Assembly: GCA_046297835.1 (NCBI GenBank)
Contig: JBKBHI010000001.1
Coordinates: forward strand, 391,354-455,353
Length of the DNA stretch: 64,000 nt
Direction: 5' to 3'
Source of the DNA: Alphaproteobacteria bacterium
GTDB lineage: Bacteria > Pseudomonadota > Alphaproteobacteria > SMXQ01
Part shown: piece by piece, positions 11,701-22,400 of the stretch
How positions within the stretch are numbered: position 1 is the first letter of the stretch
Layout of the letters: every line of letters begins with the position of its first letter
Made by a program: the position numbers and the translations under genes
Notes under the pieces: generated by a model
The model's database searches: none
Told to the model about the DNA's origin: nothing
What the model saw: the letters and a program-made list of their open reading frames with translations, nothing else

Positions 11701-12914
11701 GCGCTATCCGCGCGATCTTCGCCGCGCTCTGCTTTCTGGGCGCGACGACCCTGCCGGCGGCCGCGCAGAACAATTCCTACAGCCAGGTCGAGCGGGGGCG
11801 CTATCTCGTCGCGCTCGGCAGCTGCCAGGGGTGTCATACCAAGCCTGGCGAGGAGCCGTTCGCGGGCGGGCGCGGGCTGGAGACGCCGTTCGGAATCATC
11901 TACACGCCCAACATCACCTTCGAGAACGAGACCGGCCTGGGCCTCTGGTCGAAGGACGATTTTTGGCGCGCCATGCACGACGGGCGTCGCCGCGACGGCG
12001 CGCGCCTTTATCCGGCCTTCCCTTATCCGCACTTCACCAAGATGCCGCGCGAAGAGGTCGACGCTGTTTACGACTATCTCTCGACGCTCGATCCCGTGAA
12101 GAAACAAGCTCCGGCGACCAGCTTGCCGTTCCCCTTCAATCAGCGCTTTCTCCTGGCTGGCTGGAACATGCTGTTTTTCGAGAAAGGGGCGTTCCGCGCC
12201 GATCCGGAAAAGTCGGCGGAATGGAATCGCGGCGCCTATATCGTCGAAGGGCCAGGCCATTGCGCTGGCTGCCATACGCCGAAAAACCTTTTCGGTGGCG
12301 ACAAGAAAAGCCGCAACTTGACGGGCGGAAATTTGGAAGACTGGTTCGCGCCCGACATTCGTGGCGGCCGCAACGGCGGCCTCGAATCCTGGAGCGTGGA
12401 CGACATCGCCGAATTTCTCGGCGAAGGGCGCAACGCGCACACGGCGGCTTTCTCGACCATGGCCGAAGTCATCGCCTTATCGACCCAGCATTTGAACGAA
12501 GCGGATCGTCGCGCCATCGCGATCTATCTCAAGGATATGGACGGCGAGGAGCGTCCGACGCCGCGCGCGGCGTCGGAGGCGACGATGGCGGCTGGCCGCG
12601 AAATCTATTTCGACAATTGCAGCGCCTGCCATGTGTCGGACGGCAGCGGCATTCCGCGCTTCTTCGCGCCGTTGGCGGGATCGGGCAAGGTCAATGCCGA
12701 GGATCCCACCACCGTCATCCGCGTCATTCTCGAGGGCGCGCGCGCGGTGCCGACGAAGGCCCGGCCCACGCCGCTGACCATGCCGCCCTTCCATTGGAAG
12801 CTCACCGACGCGCAGATCGCCGACGTGGCGAACTACGTGCGCCAGAGCTGGGGCAATCGCGGCGCGCCGGTCTCTGCCAGCGCGGTGCGGGAGCTTCGCG
12901 AAGCGTTGCGGTAG
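11697..12914 (+). CDS. tri-haem cytochrome c subunit of the dehydrogenase
   Basis: Signal peptide plus three CxxCH motifs (CQGCH, CAGCH, CSACH). Confidence 0.8.
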   Translation: MSAIRAIFAALCFLGATTLPAAAQNNSYSQVERGRYLVALGSCQGCHTKPGEEPFAGGRGLETPFGIIYTPNITFENETGLGLWSKDDFWRAMHDGRRRDGARLYPAFPYPHFTKMPREEVDAVYDYLSTLDPVKKQAPATSLPFPFNQRFLLAGWNMLFFEKGAFRADPEKSAEWNRGAYIVEGPGHCAGCHTPKNLFGGDKKSRNLTGGNLEDWFAPDIRGGRNGGLESWSVDDIAEFLGEGRNAHTAAFSTMAEVIALSTQHLNEADRRAIAIYLKDMDGEERPTPRAASEATMAAGREIYFDNCSACHVSDGSGIPRFFAPLAGSGKVNAEDPTTVIRVILEGARAVPTKARPTPLTMPPFHWKLTDAQIADVANYVRQSWGNRGAPVSASAVRELREALR

Positions 12915-12966
12915 AATGCCTGACGTCGCAAAATCCGCCATATTGCCTTGATCACGTAAGGAGTTC

Positions 12967-13500
12967 TTGATGAGCACGCCGCGCAGCACAGCCCGCAAGC
13001 TTGCCACCGATGCCGAATATCGCCTGGTCGAAGAGAGCTTCGCGCCCTCGGTGGCCGATCTCGATGCGAAAGCGCTGAGAAACCGCATCGAGCGCGCCCG
13101 GCGTTTGCGGGACAAGTATCGCAAACAAGCCCAAGGCCGTTCGCGTGAAATTCGCGGAAAGGCCGATCAAAGGCGTAAGGCTCCGGCGCGCTCGAACGTG
13201 CTCTCCGTCGCGAAACACAAGCTGTTCGAGGAGACCTTGGGGCGTTTCGAAAAAAGTTTGGCGCAGCGGGAGAAGGCGCGCTCCAAGCCTAAGCAGAGCG
13301 CTCTCGCGAAAAAGGCGCTCGCATTGAAGCGCAAGGCGAAACCTGCGGGCGGGAAGCCGGCGTCGCGCACCGTAAGCGGCGGCATGAAGTCCAGCCCGAC
13401 GTCGCGGCGGAAAGCCGCATTCCCCGCGCCAGGCGCGAGAAAGGGCGAGCAATCCGCAGCTGTGAAACGGGCGCAAGCGCGAAAAGATAGCCGCGCTTGA
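12967..13500 (+). CDS. hypothetical Lys/Arg-rich basic protein
   Basis: 177-aa low-complexity basic ORF (KAKPAGGKPASR...). No recognisable domain. Confidence 0.35.
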   Translation: MMSTPRSTARKLATDAEYRLVEESFAPSVADLDAKALRNRIERARRLRDKYRKQAQGRSREIRGKADQRRKAPARSNVLSVAKHKLFEETLGRFEKSLAQREKARSKPKQSALAKKALALKRKAKPAGGKPASRTVSGGMKSSPTSRRKAAFPAPGARKGEQSAAVKRAQARKDSRA

Positions 13501-13653
13501 ATGCCCGTTGGGGCGGATGATCCGCATCCCTCTCACATGGATTGCATGGCGACGCACCCCAAGCGAGAGCTATCAGCGAAAATATGAAACGCGCCCCGCA
13601 CCGGTGGCGGCGTTCGATGATCGCTCATCTCGTTGATCGCTCATTGGGCAATT

Positions 13654-13685
13654 GATCGCGCCGTCGCTGCGGCGACGGCGCGATC
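13654..13685. repeat. perfect 14-bp inverted repeat GATCGCGCCGTCGC...GCGACGGCGCGATC (hairpin)
   Basis: Read directly in the spacer between the basic-protein gene and the Bug-family gene. Confidence 0.7.
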
Positions 13686-13915
13686 AGGGCGCGATATGTC
13701 GTTGTTCGAAACGCGATCAGACGAACGCGCCTGCGGCATTGACGCATCATCGGTTGAAAACAAAGACTATCTAGCGAACCGCGCGCGGTTTCGCGTCTTG
13801 AAAACGCGCGGGCGGCAGACACGGCATAAGACTTGAAGGAGAGCGTCATCGGCGTTCCAATGCGGGCTCAGCAAGCGTGCGTCCGCGAGTTCGGCTCTAT
13901 CCAGGGGAGAACCAG

Positions 13916-14965
13916 ATGACCATCCGCTTTCTAAAGCTTTCCGCGTCCTTCGCAGCGTCTCTCGGCGTCATGCTCTTCGGGTCGCTGTCGCCGTCTTCTG
14001 CGCAAGCGCAGGCCGATTTCTTCAGCGGTAAGACCATGAACGTCATCGTCGGCTACACGCCCGGCGGCGGCTACGATTCCGGCGCGCGCGCTCTGGCGCG
14101 CCCTATGGGGAAGCATATTTCCGGCAAACCCAACTTCGTGGTGCAGAACATGCCGGGCGCGGGCAGCATCAAGGCCGCCATGTTCATCTATTCGGCCGCG
14201 CCGACCGACGGAACGACATTCGGCACGTTCGGCCGCGGCGTCGCGGTGGAGCCGCTATTCAACAGCGAGGTCGCCAAATTCGACGGCACGAAATTCACTT
14301 GGATCGGCAGCACCAGCGCGGAAAGCAGCATCTGCGGCGTTTGGCACACGTCCAAGATCAAGAGTTGGGACGACATGCTGAAGCACGAGTTCACCGGCGC
14401 GGGCGAAGGCGCGGGATCGGACCCGGATAATTCTTCGGCGGTGCTGAAGAACCTGTTCGGCGTCAAGATCAGGCTTGTGACCGGCTATCACGGCGGGTCA
14501 GAGATGAATTTGGCCATCGAGCGCGGCGAGGTCGATTCGCGCTGCGGTTGGAGCTGGAGCAGCCTCAAGGGCACCAATCCTGACTGGGTGCCGCAAAAGA
14601 AGCTGATCCCCATCGTCATCTTCGCCTTGAACAAGAATCCCGAATTGCCCGGCGTGCCGGTGATCACCGATTTCGTCAAGACGGCGGAGCAGGCGCAAAT
14701 CGTCAATCTGTTCATGAGCCGGCAGGAGATGGCCTGGCCCTTCGCGGCGCCGCCGAATCTCGCGCCGGAGCGCGCGCGGACCCTGCGCGCCGCTTTCGAC
14801 GCGACGATGAAGGATCCGGCCTTCGTCGCGGAAATGGCGAAGATCAAGCGCGGCGTCGAGCCGATGACGGGGCTGGCGGTCGAGAAGATGCTGAGGGACA
14901 TCTACGCGACGCCGCCGGAGGTGGTGGCCAAGGCGCGCCAGATCATCGCCGACGGCGCGCGGTGA
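13916..14965 (+). CDS. Bug/TctC-family periplasmic substrate-binding protein
   Basis: Signal peptide, then the PGGGYD...NMPGAGS...DGTT pattern typical of tripartite tricarboxylate (Bug) receptors. ATG at 13916 after GGGGAGA. Confidence 0.6.
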   Translation: MTIRFLKLSASFAASLGVMLFGSLSPSSAQAQADFFSGKTMNVIVGYTPGGGYDSGARALARPMGKHISGKPNFVVQNMPGAGSIKAAMFIYSAAPTDGTTFGTFGRGVAVEPLFNSEVAKFDGTKFTWIGSTSAESSICGVWHTSKIKSWDDMLKHEFTGAGEGAGSDPDNSSAVLKNLFGVKIRLVTGYHGGSEMNLAIERGEVDSRCGWSWSSLKGTNPDWVPQKKLIPIVIFALNKNPELPGVPVITDFVKTAEQAQIVNLFMSRQEMAWPFAAPPNLAPERARTLRAAFDATMKDPAFVAEMAKIKRGVEPMTGLAVEKMLRDIYATPPEVVAKARQIIADGAR

Positions 14966-14987
14966 GGCGGGCGTGGGGATCGGCGGC

Positions 14988-15842
14988 ATGAAAGAAGCGT
15001 CCCTAGTGGGGCTTGGCGTCGATGCGCACGATTTGACGCCCTATGTCGGCGCGCGCATCGACGGCGTCGATCTGTCGCGGCCGATCTCCGACGCGGTCTT
15101 TCGCGCCATCGAAGACGTCTGGCTGCGCAAGCAGGTCTTGCTGTTCCGCAGCCAGACGTTGAGCGAGGACGATCAAGTGCGCTTCGCCGAGATGTTCGGG
15201 CCGCTGAACCGCAGCCATACGATCAAGCCGCACCATAGCAAGACGAACAACGCGGTCATGTTCGTCTCCAACATCATGGAGAACGGCCAACTGATCGGCG
15301 CGCATCCGGATGGCGAGATGCATTTCCATACCGATCAGTGCCATCAGCCGAAACCGTGCTCCGGCACCATGCTCTATGCCATGGAAATTCCGAGCAAGGG
15401 CGGCAACACGCTGTTCGTCAGCGGCTATCACGCCTACGAGACGCTGCCGGAAGGCCTGCGGCGGCGCATCGACGGCTTAAAGGCCGTGAACGCCTACGAC
15501 TACGACCATGGCGAGACGCGCAGCAGCTTCGTGAAGGAAGGCATCCCGCGCGCCGCGCATCCCGTCGTCCGCACCCATCCGCGAACCGGCCGCAAGGCGC
15601 TCTACGTCAATCGCCTGATGACCGCTTATATCGAGGGCATGGACCGCGCGGAAAGCGAAGAGCTGCTGATGGCCTTGTTCGCCCACCAGGAGCGGCTCGA
15701 ATACGCTTACGAGCATGTCTGGCGGCCCGGCGATCTGGTGCTGTGGGACAACCGCTGCACACTGCACGCGCGCACCGATTTCGACGCCTCAGAGCGGCGG
15801 CTGCTAAGGCGGGTGACGATGATCGGCGAAGCGCCGGTGTAG
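14988..15842 (+). CDS. TauD/TfdA-family Fe(II)/2-oxoglutarate dioxygenase
   Basis: HxD...H facial-triad context (HTDQCHQPKP, TLHART) and TauD-like length. A GTG start at 14973 is also possible. Confidence 0.8.
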   Translation: MKEASLVGLGVDAHDLTPYVGARIDGVDLSRPISDAVFRAIEDVWLRKQVLLFRSQTLSEDDQVRFAEMFGPLNRSHTIKPHHSKTNNAVMFVSNIMENGQLIGAHPDGEMHFHTDQCHQPKPCSGTMLYAMEIPSKGGNTLFVSGYHAYETLPEGLRRRIDGLKAVNAYDYDHGETRSSFVKEGIPRAAHPVVRTHPRTGRKALYVNRLMTAYIEGMDRAESEELLMALFAHQERLEYAYEHVWRPGDLVLWDNRCTLHARTDFDASERRLLRRVTMIGEAPV

Positions 15843-15901
15843 GGGCTTGAGACGGGGAGATTGGCTGTGCTCGCAGTCTTCAGCGAACTCGTCTCCGCGC
15901 T

Positions 15902-15937
15902 AAATTCCCTGTTAATAGGGAATTTACAGGGAATTTT
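15902..15937. repeat. perfect palindrome AAATTCCCT-GTTAAT-AGGGAATTT plus a third AGGGAATTT half-site at the left edge of the accessory region
   Basis: Read directly at 15902-15925, with the third half-site at 15929-15937. Lies in a gene-free AT-rich spacer where base composition changes. Confidence 0.6.
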
Positions 15938-16089
15938 GCCAATTCTAGGGGTGGATTTCGCAGCACGCTAGCGCACAAGGTATTGGTTTATATATAATTT
16001 CTTAGATTTATCGCCTCGTTGAAACAGGGAAAAATATCGAATTAACAGCGAAGCATATCGACGAAGCAGGGTTTATTTGAAGAAGATGG

Positions 16090-16647
16090 TCAGCGGACAT
16101 ACCCGCGTAGCCTCGAATACCCCGCCCTCTGATCGGGTGACAGGATCTCCATCATCGTCAGGTGATAACGCAGATGGGCGGTGCGAAGTTGACCCTGGGC
16201 GGCGGCAATCCGAGCGACCAATGCCTCCATGGATTCTCGCGTAACGATTCGGTCAGCGAACACGCGGTCGAGTTCGGTTTCGCCGGCGATGACCTCTCCG
16301 CCGATAAACGCCGTCTCACTTTTCATCGCCGCGAGGAGCCCGGCCGCCCGCTCTTTTTGGTCCGCAGAGAGTTGCAGAGCATCCGCTAGTTCAAGCACAT
16401 GCGACGGGCCCGGATACCCATTCAGTTCGGCGGCCAGCGCAAGTGTCATGCCGCGCCCCGCCCTGAGGTCGGCGACCTGCTGATCTGACAGCGCTTTCAC
16501 GGTGCGGCTCTCCAAATCCGCGTAGGGCGACGCCCCGGTCACTGCCGGATTGGCTTCGTGGCCGACGCGGGGATGATGGTTCTGCGCGGATGCTTGGGCG
16601 ACGAATGTGACGGCAAGCAACGACAAAGCAAAGTACATGCGCAGCAT
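16090..16647 (-). CDS. CpxP/Spy-family (LTXXQ) periplasmic protein
   Basis: Signal peptide MLRMYFALSLLAVTFVAQASA. Repeated LxxxQ motifs (LSDQQ, LSADQ, LSPDQ). Confidence 0.6.
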   Translation of the reverse strand: MLRMYFALSLLAVTFVAQASAQNHHPRVGHEANPAVTGASPYADLESRTVKALSDQQVADLRAGRGMTLALAAELNGYPGPSHVLELADALQLSADQKERAAGLLAAMKSETAFIGGEVIAGETELDRVFADRIVTRESMEALVARIAAAQGQLRTAHLRYHLTMMEILSPDQRAGYSRLRGYVR

Positions 16648-16700
16648 GGTGAACTCCTGTTTTACGCATTTCATCTTGCCATGGTCCGTCTGCCCCGAGC

Positions 16701-17243
16701 ATGATCCGGATCATGTCTGAAATGATCGAATCGTTCTCGAAACTGGCCGAACGCGAGCAGGCGCTAGCTTCAGGAGACAACTTGTTCCGGCAAGGTGATT
16801 CCGTTCTGTCACTGTTCGTCGTAGCAAGCGGAGAGCTGCGGCTGGTCCGGCCGCTGCCACACGGGCCGCATCTTGTATTGCAGCGTGCCAGAGCTGGGAT
16901 CCTCCTGGCGGAAGCGTCTCTATTCGCCGAGCGGTATCATTGCGACGCGCTGGCAATCGAAGCCGCCCGTATCTTGGTCATACCCCGAAAGCGAGTTAAC
17001 GATGCTCTTGCCGCCGACCCCGCTCTAGCCCGTGCATGGGCCAAGCATCTGGCACACGAGCTCCAGCGCACGCGGGCGCAAGCCGAAATTCTCTCACTGA
17101 GAACATTGATACAAAGACTCGAGGCCTGGCTGGGTCTCAACGACAACGCCTTGCCTCCGAAAGGTCAATGGCGGCAAATCGCATCCGAAATCGGCGTGTC
17201 ACCGGAAGCGCTATACCGCGAGTTGGCTCGGCGCCGAGGGTAA
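16701..17243 (+). CDS. Crp/Fnr-family transcriptional regulator
   Basis: A cNMP-binding-like beta-roll (SGELRLVRPLPHG) followed by a C-terminal HTH (WRQIASEIGVSPEALYRELA). Confidence 0.7.
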   Translation: MIRIMSEMIESFSKLAEREQALASGDNLFRQGDSVLSLFVVASGELRLVRPLPHGPHLVLQRARAGILLAEASLFAERYHCDALAIEAARILVIPRKRVNDALAADPALARAWAKHLAHELQRTRAQAEILSLRTLIQRLEAWLGLNDNALPPKGQWRQIASEIGVSPEALYRELARRRG

Positions 17244-17385
17244 TCACAACGCCAAGCATTTCCTCGCGGTGATCTCTTCAACTTTGCAGACAGATTCGTC
17301 ATCGCCCAAATCGCGTCCCGAACCTGCATTTCCGCCTGTTATCAAAAATGTGATGACGTCCGTCGAAATTCCGCAATAGTCTCTC

Positions 17386-17793
17386 ATGATGCGGAAAACC
17401 CTCGCATATCTGCTGATCGTGGCCGTAGCCCTGATTTCCTATGGTCCAGCCAGCACTCCCATGTCCGCTGCGGCCGCCTCGCCCGCAAACGCGGATATGG
17501 CACCCATGCCGACACACGCTGATATGGCGTCCATGCCTGCTCACGCGGACATGGCCTCCTTGCCCTGCGCCGATCAACCCATGGGCACCGACCAACAGGG
17601 CACGAGGCCACCCTGCACCGCCGACTTCGGCAACTGCATGGCTCGGTGCGCGATATTGATCCAGCCGGCCGCGATGGCATATCAGTCCAACCAATATCCG
17701 AAACCTGTCGTCACCGCCTTCAATTGGGCGGTGCCGCCTACGGTCGCGGCTGCTCTCCCCTTCCGACCGCCCCGTTCCTCGATCCTCAAATAA
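17386..17793 (+). CDS. secreted Met/His-repeat protein, putative metal-binding (CopL/DUF2946-like?)
   Basis: Signal peptide. Three tandem 9-aa repeats (ADMAPMPTH / ADMASMPAH / ADMASLPC). Cys-rich tail (PPCTADFGNCMARC). Lies upstream of cusB. Confidence 0.5.
   Translation: MMRKTLAYLLIVAVALISYGPASTPMSAAAASPANADMAPMPTHADMASMPAHADMASLPCADQPMGTDQQGTRPPCTADFGNCMARCAILIQPAAMAYQSNQYPKPVVTAFNWAVPPTVAAALPFRPPRSSILK
17491..17571 (+). repeat. 3 x 27-bp imperfect tandem repeat inside the Met/His-repeat gene
   Basis: Repeats gcggatatggcacccatgccgacacac, gctgatatggcgtccatgcctgctcac and gcggacatggcctccttgccctgcgcc. Confidence 0.7.
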
Positions 17794-17896
17794 ATCTCGC
17801 GGCGCCGCCTGACGACTAGGCGGCTATCAGCACACGCATGCGGATCGCCTGATCGGCATGCCGCCACGCATGTGCGAACGCTATCGAGGATCGACT

Positions 17897-19429
17897 ATGA
17901 ACAAGATTTCAACCCTGATTGCCGGGGGCTTCACCGCTGTGCTCGCCCTGGGCATGATTCTTCTAAACGCCCCCGTTAACGCCGAAAGCCCGACATGGCA
18001 GGCGGTGAAGTCTGAGGTCGCCGTCGGGACATCCGTCCGACTGGAGGTGACGCTCAACGGGGCCACAGGCCCCATTACCGTGACGTCGGCTCGTCTCGAC
18101 ATGGGGCCTGATGGCATGGCGACGATGACCACGCGTATTAGTCCAATCGCGTCAACGACGCCTGGCGTGTTTGCGTTCGAAGCCGACCTTGTCATGGCCG
18201 GCCGCTGGGCACTGACCCTCTCGGCGAAGGTTGAGGGTCAGTCTCAGCCTGTGACGGGGATCGTCGTTTTCACGGCTGTCGAGAAGAAGGCGGGTGCAGA
18301 ATCAGTACCCACGCCAACTGGGGATCGGAAGCTCCTGTACTACCGCAACCCAATGGGCCTGCCGGACGTCTCGTCAATGCCAAAGAAAGATTCGATGGGG
18401 ATGGACTACATCCCCGTCTATTCCGACGAGGTCACTGGAATTGGGGGCGCCATTCGGATTGCCCCGGAACGAGTCCAGCGGGCCGGAGTGCGCACGGAGC
18501 TGGTGGCACCCCACGACCTAACTAGGACAATAAAGGCAGTTGCCACGATCACGCCCGACGAAAGCCGTCTCGGCATAGTAACAGCCAAGTTCGATGGCTT
18601 CGTTGAGCAACTGCTGGTCCCGCTGACTGGTAGCGAAGTTCGCGCTGGCCAGCCCCTCGTGAGGGTCTGGATTGAGAGTAAAGATATCCTGCAAAAGCAG
18701 GCTGATTTTCTTATTGCCCTTAAGCGTCCAGGCGAGGCCGAACAGGCGGAGAGAAACCTGCGCCTTTTCGGGATTTCCGATCAAGAGATTGCACAGCTAC
18801 GCAAGACGGGACAAGCCGTCCGGTCGGTGGTGCTCACTGCTCCCTCGAGCGGTACCGTGTTGGCAAAGCCTTCCGTCGTGGGCATGCGCTTTTCAGCGGG
18901 CGACACGCTGTTCCGAACAGCTGATTTGTCGACCGTCTGGGCGATGGCTCAGGTTTCCGAACGGGACCTGGGCCTCGTGCGCATCGCCCAGACTGCGCGA
19001 ATCACATTGAAGGCCTATCCGAACGCTCCCATCGAAGGTCGGGTTGCATTTATCTATCCGGAAATCGATATGCAGACCCGCACGGCAAGCGTGCGTATCG
19101 AGCTTCCAAACCGCGAGGGAATCCTGCGGAGCGGCCTGTATGCCGACGTCGCCATCGAAGCTCGGCCCGACAGCGGACCAACGCTCGCCGTGCCGGAATC
19201 CGCCATTATCGATAATGGCACGAAGCGCGTCGTCTTTGTCGACAAGGGCAACGGCATCTACGAGCCGCGCAAGCTGACGCTCGGTCAACGCGGGGGCGGA
19301 TATGTCCAAGTGCGCGACGGTCTGGCCGAAGGCGAACGGATCGTCGTCACGGGCAACTTCCTGATCGACGCCGAGAGCAACTTGCGCGCCGCCCTGACCG
19401 CCTTCACGGCCCCGGAGCAGTCGCAGTGA
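17897..19429 (+). CDS. cusB: RND efflux periplasmic adaptor, CusB-like, with an N-terminal extension
   Basis: Signal peptide. Conserved membrane-fusion-protein segments. Stop overlaps the cusA start. Confidence 0.8.
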   Translation: MNKISTLIAGGFTAVLALGMILLNAPVNAESPTWQAVKSEVAVGTSVRLEVTLNGATGPITVTSARLDMGPDGMATMTTRISPIASTTPGVFAFEADLVMAGRWALTLSAKVEGQSQPVTGIVVFTAVEKKAGAESVPTPTGDRKLLYYRNPMGLPDVSSMPKKDSMGMDYIPVYSDEVTGIGGAIRIAPERVQRAGVRTELVAPHDLTRTIKAVATITPDESRLGIVTAKFDGFVEQLLVPLTGSEVRAGQPLVRVWIESKDILQKQADFLIALKRPGEAEQAERNLRLFGISDQEIAQLRKTGQAVRSVVLTAPSSGTVLAKPSVVGMRFSAGDTLFRTADLSTVWAMAQVSERDLGLVRIAQTARITLKAYPNAPIEGRVAFIYPEIDMQTRTASVRIELPNREGILRSGLYADVAIEARPDSGPTLAVPESAIIDNGTKRVVFVDKGNGIYEPRKLTLGQRGGGYVQVRDGLAEGERIVVTGNFLIDAESNLRAALTAFTAPEQSQ

Positions 19430-22400
19430 TCGCTCGCCTCATTAGATGGTCGGCGTCCAACATCGTCCTGGTGCTGATAGGCAGCGTGTTCCTGACGCTT
19501 GCCGGCATTTACGGCCTGACCCGGCTTCCGCTCGACGCGCTTCCCGATCTCTCGGATACGCAGGTCATCGTCTACACGGAGTATCCCGGTCAGACGCCTC
19601 AGGTCATCGAAGACCAGGTCACATACCCTCTCACTACAGCAATGCTGAGCGTGCCGCGCTCGCGCGTCGTGCGCGGCTTCTCGTTCTTCGGCGTTTCCTT
19701 CGTTTACGTCATCTTCGAGGATGGCACCGACATCTATTGGGCGCGGAGCCGAGTCCTTGAATACCTCAACGTCGCGGCGAAGCGATTGCCGGCAGGCGTA
19801 ACGCCGAATCTGGGACCGGATGCCACGGGCGTCGGCTGGATTTACCAGTATGTCGTGAACGGCAAGGACTACGATCTTGCCGAACTTCGCTCCATACAAG
19901 ATTGGCAATTACGCTTCGGCCTTGCGAAAGCCGATGGCGTTGCCGAAGTGGCGAGCGTCGGCGGCTTTGTGAAGCAATACTCTATTGTCGTCGATCCCCA
20001 GCGGATGAGGGCGCTCGGCTTGACGCTAGAAGGCATTCGCGATGCGGTCCGAGCCAGCAATATGGACGTCGGCGGGCGGACGATCGAGCTCTCCGAGACC
20101 GAGTTTATGATCCGCGGCCGCGGCTATATCCAAAGTCTTCAGGACATCGAGCAGATCGTCTTGAAGGCCACCAACGGCGTGCCCGTAACCGTGCATGACG
20201 TAGCAAGGGTCGAACTCGTCCCGGACGAGAGGCGTGGCATTGCTGAATTAAATGGCGAAGGCGAAGTCGCCAGCGGCATTACGATCCAGCGCTATGGCGC
20301 CAATGCACTCGACGTCATCAAAAGCGTTAAGAACCGATTGGCTGATATCGCCTCGAGCCTTCCCGAAGGTGTGAACATCCTTCCAATCTATGATCGCTCG
20401 GTACTCATCGAGCGAGCCATCGAAACGCTCAGGTCCACGTTGATCGAAGAGAGCATCGTGGTGGCGCTGATCTGCTTCATCTTCCTTCTTCACGCGCGGA
20501 GTGCGCTGGTGGCGATCGTCACGATCCCGATCGGCATCCTCGCCGCGCTGGCCATCATGAACGTCCTGGGGATCGGCTCGAACATCATGAGCTTGGGCGG
20601 CATCGCGATCGCCATTGGCGCCATGGTCGATGCGGCGATCGTCATGATCGAGAACGCCCATAAAAGATTGGAACACGCCCCACCTGACATGCCGCGGACT
20701 GAGGTGCTGATCCGCGCGGCACAGGAGGTCGGCCCGGCGCTGTTCTTTAGCCTGCTGATCATCACCGTCTCGTTCTTGCCGATTTTCGCGCTGGAAGCCC
20801 AGGAAGGCCGGCTTTTCAAACCGCTCGCCTACACGAAGAGCTTCTCCATGGGCGCGGCCGCCTTGCTTTCAGTGACGCTAGTGCCAGCTCTGATGGTTCT
20901 ATTCATCCGTGGCAGAATCATTCCAGAAGCCCGCAATCCCCTCAACCGTCTATTGATCTGGCTCTACCGCCCGATCATTCGCCTAGTGCTGCAAGCGAAG
21001 TTCCTCACCATCGTTATCGCTGTGGCGATCCTCGCCGTATCGATCATTCCCGCGAAGCGGCTCGGCACGGAGTTCATGCCAAATCTCAACGAGGGCACAC
21101 TCATGTATATGCCCACGACCTTGCCCGGTATTTCGGTGACCAAGGCGGCGGAGTTGTTGCAAACCCAGAACAAGATCATCAAGACCTTCCCCGAGGTGAG
21201 CTCGGTCTTCGGCAAGGCAGGCCGCGCGCAGACGGCGACCGATCCGGCGCCGATGGAAATGTTCGAGACGATCATCAACTTGAAGCCCGAGACCGAATGG
21301 TCCGCCGGCATGACGGTGGACAAGCTGATCGCCCAGATGGATGCCGCCTTGCAGTTTGCTGGCGTCAGCAACGCCTGGACGATGCCTATCAAGGCGCGCA
21401 TCGATATGCTCTCGACTGGAATCCGCACCCCCGTGGGCGTCAAGATATTCGGAAAGGACCTCAAGGAGCTGGAGCGCCTTGCCCGCGAGGTAGAGACCAC
21501 GCTTCGCAAGGTCGCCGGCACTTCCAGCGCCTATGCCGAGCGGGTCAATAGCGGGTATTTCCTGGAGATCGTACCGGACCGAACGCAGATCGCCCGCTAT
21601 GGGCTGACGGTTCAGGACGTGCAGAACACGATCTCCATGGCTCTCGGCGCTGAAATTGTGACCACGACGGTAGAGGGCCGCGAACGATATGGGGTCGTGC
21701 TTCGCTATCCCCGCGACGTGCGAAGCGATACGGACGCCATCGCGTCCGAGGTTCTCGTCTCACTGCCGAATGGCTCGGCCATACCACTTGGCGAAGTCGC
21801 CACAATCCAGCGCACGCAGGGGCCGACATCCATCCGCACCGAGGATGGGCAACTCGTCGTCTATGTCTACGTCGACATCCGCGACCGCGACTTGGGTGGC
21901 TATGTCCGCGACGCTCAGAAACAGGTAGCCGAACAGGTTGCCTTCCCCGCCGGCTACTTCGCCACTTGGAGTGGCCAGTTCGAGTATCTGGAACGTGCCG
22001 AGGCCCGTTTGCAGATCGTGATCCCAGCCACTCTGCTGGTGATCTTCCTGTTGCTCTACCTGAACTTCCGCCGGATGTCGGATACGCTGATCGTCATGCT
22101 GTCGTTGCCATTTTCCTTGGTCGGCGGCGTTTGGTTCATGTACTGGGAGGGCTTCAACATGAGTGTGGCGGCCGCGGTCGGCTTCATCGCCCTCGCCGGC
22201 GTCGCTGCCGAAACGGGGGTGATCATGCTGGTCTATTTGCATCATGCCTTGGAGGAAGTGCGCGAGCATGCCCGATCGGAGGGCCGCATATTCACCAATG
22301 CAGATCTTCATCAGGCGATCATGACGGGAGCCGTCGAGCGCGTGCGGCCGAAGATGATGACTGTATGCGCCATCATGGCGGGTTTACTTCCCATTTTGTG

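Noticed and set aside
13633-13836. 67-aa ORF spanning the GC-rich hairpin
   Set aside because: It is built around the palindrome, with no ribosome-binding site or homology. Treated as non-coding.
15843-16130. Search for a direct repeat of the tRNA-Gln 3' end (GGTTCGAATCCTAGTCCCCCAGCCA) at the island's left edge
   Set aside because: Only weak partial similarity (CTCGAATACCCCGCCC near 16110). Not convincing as an attachment repeat.
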